Shown here piece by piece: positions 18,723 to 26,212 of a stretch of DNA of 43,828 nt. This stretch comes from Opitutaceae bacterium (GTDB lineage Bacteria; Verrucomicrobiota; Verrucomicrobiia; Opitutales; Opitutaceae). The stretch spans positions 1 to 43,828 of the forward strand of contig JAIYBI010000240.1 of the NCBI GenBank assembly GCA_027488595.1. Direction: 5' to 3'. The number at the start of each line of letters is the position of its first letter. Positions within the stretch are counted from its first letter, which is position 1. Position numbers and translations under genes: made by a program. The notes under the pieces were generated by a model that was given only the letters and a program-made list of their open reading frames with translations, was not told where the DNA came from and did not search any database.

Positions 18723-18864
18723 TTAACACCACGGATGGACACGGATGAACACGGATAGCAGTGATTTGAAATCGGATAAGGAGTGACCCGGCGGGTGGGT
18801 AGATTCAGCTCCTTGATTTTTCTGTATCAGACCCGATCCGTGCCAATCTGTGGAATCCGTGGTT
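18723..18864. repeat. Palindromic intergenic repeat, family A
   Basis: CCACGGATGGACACGGATGAACACGGAT ... ATCCGTGCCAATCTGTGGAATCCGTGG. Confidence 0.82.
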
Positions 18865-18904
18865 GGTTTGAACTGCCGATTCTCGGATGATGGGTCGGGC
18901 ACGG

Positions 18905-19327
18905 TCAGAGAAACCCGGCGTCGCGCTGGTCGCACAGAAACTGGCCGGGACTACGAACCATCAGATTATAAACTTGGCCACCGATGACTTTACGGAAATC
19001 GGCCTCGTCGAGAGTGAGGAGCACGTTGGCTTCGGCTCCGAGGGCGGATAGCAGGACGGGGCGATCCTTGGCTTTGGGGAAGACCAGCACATTATCGAAG
19101 GCGAGTTCGATAGGGACAAGGGTGAGGCAGGGAAGCAAGGTGGCCCGCCAATAAGGTGCGGCCTTTGGGCCGAGTTTGCGGACGTTGCGCTCGGTCTCCT
19201 CAACGCAGTAGGCGGACGAGAGAAGCTGCCAGTTGAGCGAGCTGGCGTGTTGAAAGACGAAACGAGAAGCACCCTTGGCGGAACCGGCGGCGGCGAGCAG
19301 GACGCTTGTGTCGAGGAAGAGCTTCAC
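18905..19327 (-). CDS. PIN-domain toxin (type II TA)
   Basis: KLFLDTSVL, E, KDRPVL and LLTLD..DF acidic PIN residues. GTGA overlap with the upstream antitoxin. Confidence 0.85.
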   Translation of the reverse strand: MKLFLDTSVLLAAAGSAKGASRFVFQHASSLNWQLLSSAYCVEETERNVRKLGPKAAPYWRATLLPCLTLVPIELAFDNVLVFPKAKDRPVLLSALGAEANVLLTLDEADFRKVIGGQVYNLMVRSPGQFLCDQRDAGFL

Positions 19328-19578
19328 TTTTTGGGCTTCACCTTGGGCTTACGGGTGAACGCGCTCATCTCGGCCTCGTCGCGCGCGATCCAGCGTGCAA
19401 GCTGATCGCGCGGGAGGTCACGCACGGGGACGGCGGCGGCGGCTTGTAGAAACAGCCCTCCATCACGCTCCTCGACGATGACCAGCGGGCTGGAAATGCC
19501 ATCGAGTCCTAGTTTCCGACGGAGCGAGGGAGGCAGGGTGAGGCCGCCGCGTTTGCTGATAGGAAGTGTGAGTGTCAT
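19324..19578 (-). CDS. AbrB/MazE/SpoVT-family antitoxin
   Basis: ISKRGGLTLPPSLRRKLGL...VIVEERDGGLFL swapped-hairpin motif. Confidence 0.85.
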   Translation of the reverse strand: MTLTLPISKRGGLTLPPSLRRKLGLDGISSPLVIVEERDGGLFLQAAAAVPVRDLPRDQLARWIARDEAEMSAFTRKPKVKPKK

Positions 19579-19620
19579 GCTGCAATGCTGCATTGCAGCA
19601 AAGCGCCCGGCAAGCGCTTT
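19578..19620 (-). promoter_or_regulatory. Putative TA operator palindromes over a leaderless promoter
   Basis: Perfect IR TGCTGCAATG-ctg-CATTGCAGCA (19578-19600) and IR AAAGCGC-N7-GCGCTTT (19600-19620). Minus strand reads TTGCCG-N17-CAGCAT-N6-ATG. Confidence 0.6.
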
Positions 19621-19640
19621 GCGGGGATAGAGGATGGTCT

Positions 19641-19726
19641 GTAGCCCGGTGTCTTAGACCCGCCCCCGCCGGTTTGAATCCGGTTACCGCTGGTTATTCG
19701 CGGCGGTCCCAGTGGTCCCGACCTAC
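19641..19726. repeat. Possible GTAG-type REP doublet (REPIN-like)
   Basis: GTAG+CCCGGTGTCTTAGACCCGCC on the plus strand and GTAG+GTCGGGACCACTGGGACCGCC on the minus strand. The right end overlaps the mocA stop codon. Confidence 0.45.
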
Positions 19727-20322
19727 CCCAAGGCCAGGAGGGCGGTGTAGTCGGCGAGCGAGTCCACGTCGTGGCGCGCGGCGGGAAGCGGGTGGAGGAA
19801 AACCTCTTGAGGATGGCTGCGCGCCAACTGTCGCGCGCCGGCGTCGCCGGTGAGTGTGAGCAGGGCGGCGAAGTGTTGTTTGAGAAAAATCGCCGGCGGG
19901 CCGCGCGAGCCGTCGCCGTAGTCGCAGAGGGCGACGGTTTTGCCTGCCGCAGTCATGCCGGTTTGAAGTTCGAGCAGGTGCCGCCCTTCGATCAAGGGTT
20001 GGTCGGCGAGGAGCACGCAGACGGCGTCGGTCTCCGGGGCGCGTTCGAGCACTGCCGTCAGCCCGCAGGCGAGCGAGCCGCCCATGCCCTCGGCCCAGGC
20101 GGCGTGCACGACGTCCGCGATGCCCGCGACGGCGGGGCGGGCTTGCAGCGCCGCAGCGTGGGCGCCGAGCACGCGCACGACGGGCGATAATCCGGCGGCG
20201 AGCGCGGCGCGGGCGACGCGATCTACGAAGGTGACGCCGCCCAAGGTGGCGAGCGCCTTGGGTCCTTCGCCCTGCCAGCGTGAACCTGCGCCGGCGGCTA
20301 GGATGATCGCGGCGACAGGCAT
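19723..20322 (-). CDS. mocA: MocA/MobA-like NTP transferase (molybdenum cofactor cytidylyltransferase)
   Basis: IILAAGAGSR...K, W.EGMGGSL, LADQP, GD.GAR and DVD motifs; adjacent to xdhC. Confidence 0.82.
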   Translation of the reverse strand: MPVAAIILAAGAGSRWQGEGPKALATLGGVTFVDRVARAALAAGLSPVVRVLGAHAAALQARPAVAGIADVVHAAWAEGMGGSLACGLTAVLERAPETDAVCVLLADQPLIEGRHLLELQTGMTAAGKTVALCDYGDGSRGPPAIFLKQHFAALLTLTGDAGARQLARSHPQEVFLHPLPAARHDVDSLADYTALLALG

Positions 20323-20325
20323 CGC

Positions 20326-21264
20326 TTAGGCGCCGGCGTGGATGGCGGCGGATTTGAGGCGGAGGGAGCCGCCGTCATGGTTTTGCCAATACGCGTGGAT
20401 TTCGGCGACGATTGCGAGGGCGATGGCCTCCGGCGTGTCGGCTCCGATATCGAGCCCCACGGGGGCGTGCAGGGTGTCGGGCGGCGGGCCCTCGGCGAAG
20501 AGGCCGGCCTCGCCGAGCTCGCGGAAAATCTCCTCCCGGCGGCGGCGCGAGCCGAGCAGGCCGACGTAACCGTAGGGCTCACGCAAAGCGTGGCGCAGGT
20601 AGGCGGTGTCGCGGCCAAGGTGGTGCGTCATGATGAGCAAGGCGGTGCGGGCGTCGGGCGGGAAGCGGGTCGCGACGGCCTCGGGCGGGCAGGCGTGGAG
20701 TTGTTCGCCGGCCACGGGGAGCAGATCGCGGAGGGTGGCGGGGTCGGCGGCGAGGCGGTGGATTTCCCAACCGAGCAAGGAGGCCTGGCGGCAGACGGCC
20801 TCGGCGTCGCGGGCAGCGCCGGCCACGAGCAGGCGCGGACGGGGCGGGATTGTTTCGCAAAAGACGGCGGAGGGGGCGGCGGAGTGGGTGTTCGCGGCGG
20901 AGTAGTGGGTTTCCCAGGTGAAAGTCTGGCGCGAGGCGAGGCCGGCGCGGAGGGTTTCGAGGGCGGTGGCGGAGATCGGCTCAACCCAGATATCGAGGGT
21001 GCCGGCGCAGCCGAAGTGGGGGCGGGTATCAATCTGGAGCCGCTCGTTGCGGCCGGTTTGGAGAACTCGCCGGGCGACGGCCGCGACACCGTCTTCGAGG
21101 CAGCCGCCGCTCAGGCTGCCGGTGAACTCGCGGTCGAGATTTACCAGCAGGCGTGCGCCGGGCTGGCGGTAGCTGGAGCCGGTGCGTCCGACCAAGGTGG
21201 CGAGGGCGAGGGGTTGGCCGGGGTGTTGGTCGGCGAAGGCGAGGAGGCGGGGCCAGTCGTTCAT
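20326..21264 (-). CDS. xdhC: XdhC/CoxI family molybdoenzyme maturation factor
   Basis: ATLV...GSSYRQPGA, GSLSGGCLE, GC.G, MTH...D, YVGLLGSRRR and APVGLDIGA.TPE.IALAI motifs. Confidence 0.92.
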   Translation of the reverse strand: MNDWPRLLAFADQHPGQPLALATLVGRTGSSYRQPGARLLVNLDREFTGSLSGGCLEDGVAAVARRVLQTGRNERLQIDTRPHFGCAGTLDIWVEPISATALETLRAGLASRQTFTWETHYSAANTHSAAPSAVFCETIPPRPRLLVAGAARDAEAVCRQASLLGWEIHRLAADPATLRDLLPVAGEQLHACPPEAVATRFPPDARTALLIMTHHLGRDTAYLRHALREPYGYVGLLGSRRRREEIFRELGEAGLFAEGPPPDTLHAPVGLDIGADTPEAIALAIVAEIHAYWQNHDGGSLRLKSAAIHAGA

Positions 21265-21363
21265 GTGCGGACTGATAGCTTGAGCCCTGCCAGATGGGAG
21301 GAGAAAAAGCCGGGGCGCGGGAACGGCCTTGCGGTGGGGCGGCGGAGCGATGCAGTTGAAGGC

Positions 21364-21831
21364 ATGAAGGTCATGTTTAATCCCAAGGAATACGCCCGCC
21401 TGCTCGAACTCGCCTCGCTTGGCATGCACACGGTGGCGGGATCGCGTCCGCCGGAGGAAGAGAACCCGGCTCTGAAACGTTACGAAGAATTGTTTCAAAA
21501 ACTACTGGAGCTGGCGACCCCGCTCGGGTGCGCGGATTACGTGACGGTGGCGAGCAACGGGCAGTTAAAGCCCTCGGAGAAAATCACCGAAGACGAGCGC
21601 CTGCGGAAGATCGAAGGCGACGCGGCGAACGATCTTTTTTGGCACGAGCTGGTGGCGCGTTTGTCGGATCGCGACCTCGCGGCCGAGCAAGGGCGCGGCT
21701 TTGCGGAGGGCAAGGACGGTCCGCCGATTGATGCGGATGCGCGGCTCAAGCAGATCGAGGACGCGTATTGGGAGGAGTTCGAGAAGAACGACCTCGCGCA
21801 CTTCATCCTACTCAAAGGAAACAAAGGGTGA
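21364..21831 (+). CDS. Hypothetical acidic helical protein
   Basis: 155-aa ORF from ATG 21364 with FWHELV.RL..RD and Y..EF motifs. Its stop overlaps the DUF4202 start (GTGA). Confidence 0.7.
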   Translation: MKVMFNPKEYARLLELASLGMHTVAGSRPPEEENPALKRYEELFQKLLELATPLGCADYVTVASNGQLKPSEKITEDERLRKIEGDAANDLFWHELVARLSDRDLAAEQGRGFAEGKDGPPIDADARLKQIEDAYWEEFEKNDLAHFILLKGNKG

Positions 21832-22433
21832 GCACGGCGGAGCAGGGTGGGGCGGGCGCGTATGCGCGGGCGCGGGTGGCGATTGATGCGGCGCACGCGG
21901 CGGATCCGGTGCGGGCGCCGGACGGACGCGCGGCGGAGCTGGTCTATGCCGAGCGCATGGAGGCGTGGGTGGTGCGGCTGGTGCCGGAGGCGGGCGAACT
22001 GCTGCGGCTGGCGGCGCGTTGCCAGCATCTCGAACGCTGGACCTCGCCGCGCTCAAGTTATCCGGAAGGCAAGGTGGCGTATCTCTCGTGGCGGCGTGCG
22101 CTCTATGTGCAGCAGGCGGAGCGGGCGCGTGGGATCTTGATCGCGGCCGGAGTGCCGGAGGCCGAGGCGGCGGAGGTGGCGACGTGGGTATCCAAGACCG
22201 GGCTCAAAACAAACGCCGGCACGCAGGCCTTGGAGGACGCGGCGTGCCTGGTGTTTTTAGAGAATGAGATCGCGGGCTTCGCGGCGGAACATGCTCACTA
22301 TCCGGAGGAGAAATTCGTGGATATTCTGAGGAAAACCTGGCGCAAGATGAGCGCAGGCGCGCAGGCCGAGGCGCTCCGCTTGGAGCTGCCGCCGGCGATC
22401 GCTGCGCTGGTTCGCACGGCCTTGGGCGGGTGA
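21828..22433 (+). CDS. DUF4202 family protein
   Basis: IDAAH..DP, ELVYA.RM, LAARCQHLERW...RS.YP, QALEDAACLVFLE and ILRKTWRKMS motifs. Confidence 0.88.
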   Translation: MSTAEQGGAGAYARARVAIDAAHAADPVRAPDGRAAELVYAERMEAWVVRLVPEAGELLRLAARCQHLERWTSPRSSYPEGKVAYLSWRRALYVQQAERARGILIAAGVPEAEAAEVATWVSKTGLKTNAGTQALEDAACLVFLENEIAGFAAEHAHYPEEKFVDILRKTWRKMSAGAQAEALRLELPPAIAALVRTALGG

Positions 22434-22451
22434 GACGGGCGCCCTAAATTG

Positions 22452-22627
22452 GTCACAGAGTGCACGGAGCTCCGACACGGAGTTCACCGAGCGATTAGCT
22501 TCCCGGACACACTGGATGATTTCAGCTCCTTAAATCCGTCCAGGCGGGCTGGATTTCTAAACAAGAGCTTCAGACAAGACCGCTCCTCTGCGGCCTCTGT
22601 GTCGGCGCTCCGGCTTGGCTCTGTGTC
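22452..22627. repeat. About 176-bp MITE/REP-like element, family B (copy 1)
   Basis: Begins GTCACAGAGTGCACGGAGCTCCGACACGGAG and ends GGCTCTGTGTC. Homologous to 24242-24418. Confidence 0.8.
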
Positions 22628-22715
22628 AATCCGCCCCCGCCAAGGTCGGACGAGAGACAGTGATCCATCCCAACTACCCTATGGTTTTAGACTAGGGGAC
22701 ACCTAAAAGAATGAG

Positions 22716-22797
22716 TTAACCACGGATGGACACAGATGAACACGGATTAAAACCGCCCCATCTCCATCCGTGTCCATCCGTGATTATCCGTGGTTAA
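22716..22797. repeat. Palindromic intergenic repeat, family A
   Basis: TTAACCACGGATGGACACAGATGAACACGGAT ... ATCCGTGTCCATCCGTGATTATCCGTGGTTAA. Confidence 0.85.
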
Positions 22798-22897
22798 AAT
22801 CTGAAAGCTCGGGGGATCTGGTGTGACTCACGTTACGATTGGGTGTCCTGGTGGAGTTGAGTTGAGCAAACACCGGCGCCAAACAATGCTCCGGTGC

Positions 22898-24175
22898 ATG
22901 GCGCACCCCGTTCATGTCTCGATCGCCACCTTTGTTGAGCACGCCGAGACGCTTGACGCTGCGACGCCCCTGACGGTGGCGCAGCCCGAGTTTAACCGCC
23001 GCAAAAGGCACTTCTTTGGCGTGCTGCGACAGGGGCGGTTCGTGGGCATCGCCAGCGGGCATCAGATCAGTCAGGCACTCGGTTCCCAGTTTGGCCACGC
23101 GCTCTTCGGTCGCGCCTTGTTGCAAGACCACTTGATGGCGAACGCGCTCGTGGTCCCGCCGGACCTTCCGCTCACCGACCTCGTGCAACTCGCCTCGATT
23201 CGGGAGAACGCCGACTTTTATGATGACATTGCGGTGGTGACCGAAGACCGGCGTTTTGTCGGGCTGATCCCGATGCACCGGGTGGTGCGGCTGCAAACTT
23301 CCCTGTTGCTCGACAACCTCGCCGAAGTGCGCACCAAAAGCGCGGAACTCGCAGCCCGAAACCGGCAGATGGAGGACGATCTGCGCATGGCCCGCGAGGT
23401 CCAGCTCGCGATTTTACCTGATCACCCGCACCGCCTTTTTCATGGCGGACGCAGCCTTACCACTTCCCATTTCTATGAAGCATCCGAACACATCGGGGGC
23501 GATTTTTTCGCCGTGCTCCAGCCCGCCCCGGATAAGCTCGGTCTGTTCGTTTGTGACGTGATGGGCCACGGGGTCCGCTCCGCGCTCATCACCACCCACA
23601 TCAGCGCCTTGGTGCAGGAGTCGCACGGCGCCGCGCTCGACCCCGGCCGGTTTCTGAGCGGCCTGAATCACGGTCTGCAACCCATTCTTCAAAGCGCCGG
23701 CAAACTCATTTTTGTGACTGCGGCCTACGCGCTGATTGATCTCTCGCAAGGCGAAGTGCGCTACGCCCAGGCCGGCCATCCGCGCGGACTTCTCTGGCGT
23801 GCCGCCGACAACGCCGCCGCGCCGGTGCCGATCGAGGCCGATGCGGAGGGCCCGGCCCTTGGCCTGTTCAACGACCTCGACTACACCGCGTCGCAGTTTG
23901 GTTTTTCCACCGGCGATACCCTGCTCCTTTACACCGATGGCCTCGCGGAAGCGATGGCAGCGGACGAGACCGAGTTCGGCACGGAACAAATCCAGCGATC
24001 CTTTGTGCGCGCCATGACTGCGGGAGATCCGGACCCTGCGGCCAAGGTGGCTGGAGCCGCGCGCGCCCACGCGGTTGACGGACGATTCACGGATGACGCT
24101 TGTATCCTGGTGGCAACGCTCCGTGACGATGCCACCCGTTTGAACTCGGACAGTGCGGAAAGCCAATCCGGCTAG
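22898..24175 (+). CDS. CBS-domain + SpoIIE/RsbU-type PP2C phosphatase
   Basis: N-terminal CBS-like pair, coiled coil 'DLRMAREVQ', and GGDFF, DVMGHG, AGHP, YTDGL and DD motifs. Confidence 0.88.
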   Translation: MAHPVHVSIATFVEHAETLDAATPLTVAQPEFNRRKRHFFGVLRQGRFVGIASGHQISQALGSQFGHALFGRALLQDHLMANALVVPPDLPLTDLVQLASIRENADFYDDIAVVTEDRRFVGLIPMHRVVRLQTSLLLDNLAEVRTKSAELAARNRQMEDDLRMAREVQLAILPDHPHRLFHGGRSLTTSHFYEASEHIGGDFFAVLQPAPDKLGLFVCDVMGHGVRSALITTHISALVQESHGAALDPGRFLSGLNHGLQPILQSAGKLIFVTAAYALIDLSQGEVRYAQAGHPRGLLWRAADNAAAPVPIEADAEGPALGLFNDLDYTASQFGFSTGDTLLLYTDGLAEAMAADETEFGTEQIQRSFVRAMTAGDPDPAAKVAGAARAHAVDGRFTDDACILVATLRDDATRLNSDSAESQSG

Positions 24176-24241
24176 GGTGTCGAGCGGGGCTACTCTAATG
24201 GACAGGTTGAAGCTATGTTCACGAAGAGAGTCCTGGAACTA

Positions 24242-24418
24242 GTCACAGAGTGCACAGAGCTCCGACACGGAGGGCACAGAGTAAACAGTTTCCCTGGATA
24301 ATTTCATCGCTGGAAATCCTGCGAACGTGGTGGGATTGCGCCTGAACTTTGAACGAGCTTTCTGACAAGACCTCTCCTCTGTGACCTCTGTGTCTGCGCT
24401 CCAGCTCGGCTCTGTGAC
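24242..24418. repeat. About 177-bp MITE/REP-like element, family B (copy 2)
   Basis: GTCACAGAG...CTCTGTGAC terminal inverted repeats; interior similar to copy 1. Confidence 0.8.
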
Positions 24419-24650
24419 GAATCAGCACTCTAAAGATCGGGTCATAAACTCAGAACTCAATCTTGCGGAAAGCTCCATAACTCCAACACCGTAATCAGCA
24501 TGAACTCCGGACCGAACCAGCCCCGCGCCGCGGGCGAAATGACATCGGGGAGTCTTGCACCGACCGGACGCAGACCGGGAATCTGCCGGCATCACCCTTT
24601 GCAATGGAACAGCTCCGTTTAACTTCCATAAAATCAACATTTCTCGGCCT

Positions 24651-24705
24651 GACCCCTTTGGCTTGGTCGGACCCCTTTGGCTTGGTCGACCCCTTTGGCT
24701 TGGTC
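24651..24705. repeat. Tandem 18-mer GACCCCTTTGGCTTGGTC x3
   Basis: Copies at 24651, 24670 and 24688, flanked by the direct repeat AAATCAACATT at 24631 and 24711. Confidence 0.9.
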
Positions 24706-24725
24706 TCCTTAAATCAACATTGAGT

Positions 24726-25217
24726 ATGGGTGCCGCGGAGAATTCGAAAATCAATTACAGTGGAATACAATATCCGGTCATTTGGATCGGAGAAAAGGAC
24801 GTTCGTGCGTTTGTCGATCTGGAACACTTGCGCACATGCGATTCAGGCGACTTTCGTCCCGGATATCGGAAGCGTGGTTGCATTGTGGATCGCAGCCTCA
24901 CTCACCGGACCGTGAGGTCTGTGCATGTCGTGGGCCATATTCCTCCCTTTTGGGGCTATCGGCTGCCGGGAACGAGGATATTGCTCCTCGATTACGACTT
25001 CACGGGCGAAGCGGCTCCTATCACGCTGGAGGAGCTGAAATCGATGATCGTCCAAGCGGACCGCGCCAGCGGAATGTATGTGGGCATGGCCCAGAGCCCC
25101 CGCAGCTACGAGGCCTCGATCCGAAGATTGAACAGTTTTGACGCGGTGGTGAAAGAATACCGCATCGGTCCGAAACGCGGCTGGCTGAGAAAGATTTGGG
25201 CGGGGCCGTTCGACTAA
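24726..25217 (+). CDS. Hypothetical protein (orphan, lower GC)
   Basis: 163-aa ORF from ATG 24726 with protein-like composition and atypical codon usage. Confidence 0.6.
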   Translation: MGAAENSKINYSGIQYPVIWIGEKDVRAFVDLEHLRTCDSGDFRPGYRKRGCIVDRSLTHRTVRSVHVVGHIPPFWGYRLPGTRILLLDYDFTGEAAPITLEELKSMIVQADRASGMYVGMAQSPRSYEASIRRLNSFDAVVKEYRIGPKRGWLRKIWAGPFD

Positions 25218-25224
25218 AGTGAGG

Positions 25225-25263
25225 GCGATCCAAATGGGGTCACCGCGATCCAAATGGGGTCAC
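25225..25263. repeat. Tandem 19-mer GCGATCCAAATGGGGTCAC x2
   Basis: Copies at 25225 and 25245. The core is an inverted counterpart of the 24651 repeat. Confidence 0.85.
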
Positions 25264-25416
25264 GCCGCTACATGCTAGATTTGAACAGCGCGATGAGGGA
25301 CAGATTGAGTTTGTTGGCTCGAAAAAACTACAACCGGAATTCAGCCGGAAGGCCGAGCCGGAGAGATCGAGGCGTTGTTCGTTGATTCTCTCCCAAATCA
25401 CCTCCCTGCCGGCCAC

Positions 25417-25824
25417 TCACCCGTGAAACTCGCCCTTCGGCGAGACGAAGGGCACGCGATAGACTGAGAAATCCCGGTGGTCGGTCGTGAGCACCACCGC
25501 ACCCTTGTGGCGGCGGGCGAGGAGGACTGCGCAGGCGTCGGCGTAGTCCATGCGTCGTTCCCACTTCCGCATCTCCGCCAGCACGGCCACCGGAGCCGGG
25601 TCTTCGACGTGCATGCGCTCCACGATTTTTTCTAGAAACTCCAAGGCCCGTGGTCCATTTTGCAGGATATGGGTCGCCTCTGCGATGGCTGCGCTGTTGA
25701 CTATGAAGGGACTTACGCGACTCAGCATTTTCTCCATCGTCCAGCGATGGTGTGGGTCGGAGATGTCAGCCGCGGCCTTGAGCGGTCCGGCATCAAGTAT
25801 TATGATCGGCGAGGTAGCGGGCAC
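25417..25824 (-). CDS. PIN-domain (VapC-like) toxin
   Basis: IILDAGPL.A..D..D.HH.W, AE, MDYADA and LTTDHRDFSVYR motifs. GTG 25824 is the likely start. Confidence 0.85.
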   Translation of the reverse strand: MPATSPIIILDAGPLKAAADISDPHHRWTMEKMLSRVSPFIVNSAAIAEATHILQNGPRALEFLEKIVERMHVEDPAPVAVLAEMRKWERRMDYADACAVLLARRHKGAVVLTTDHRDFSVYRVPFVSPKGEFHG

Positions 25825-25996
25825 GGAGGATTTCGCTGCGTGGGCGCGGGTCAGGAGGCAAGGAAACGCACCCAAACAGATGCTCCAAGCCGGCGAAGGG
25901 ATTTCCCGGCGCGGCTTTGATGCCGTGAGCGGGGAGTTTTTTCGTCACGCGCCGACGAGCTGGCTTTTTCGGGCTAAGCTTGGTCGCGGTTGGCAT
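25793..25996 (-). CDS. Putative small antitoxin
   Basis: 67-aa basic ORF overlapping the PIN gene start. Preceded on the minus strand by TTGTCA-N16-CACCGT-N7-ATG. Confidence 0.6.
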   Translation of the reverse strand: MPTATKLSPKKPARRRVTKKLPAHGIKAAPGNPFAGLEHLFGCVSLPPDPRPRSEILRARYLADHNT

Positions 25997-26151
25997 GCGG
26001 TAAACGGTGCTGAAATCAGCGGCGGTGACAAGCCGACAGGTGCGGAGCATCGGCACATTTCTGCAGAGGTGCAATAAGGGACAGGTTAACTTTAACGCTC
26101 GGAGCGGTTGGGGCGCGGCCGACACGGAGGTCGGGCCCTCCCTTGCGGACA

Positions 26152-26184
26152 TAAAAAGGCCCGGCTCCCTTGCGGGGGCCGGGC
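26152..26184 (-). terminator. Rho-independent terminator after the EF-hand protein gene
   Basis: Hairpin GCCCGGCTCCC-TTGC-GGGGGCCGGGC followed by a T-run on the minus strand. Confidence 0.75.
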
Positions 26185-26212
26185 TGGTGGGGGCGGTGCG
26201 GGTGGCGGCGAT

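Noticed and set aside
19621-19691. tRNA-like look (GCCGG-TTTGAAT-CCGGT T-arm-like hairpin, CTT 'anticodon')
   Set aside because: The D-stem does not pair, the acceptor stem has several mismatches, and the T-loop lacks TTC. A REP-like element explains it better.
2970-24705. Repeats as a possible CRISPR array
   Set aside because: There is no regular repeat-spacer periodicity and no cas gene. The repeats are palindromic or tandem without unique spacers of constant length.
24422-24754. 110-aa minus-strand ORF, and the upstream extension of 24555..25217 (PLWLG repeats)
   Set aside because: These are translations of the tandem DNA repeat with no protein-family motifs.
26116-26142. Hairpin GGCCGAC-ACGGAG-GTCGGGCC with GGAG tail (possible single REP)
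   Set aside because: Single copy in the window, so it cannot be supported as a family from this sequence alone.
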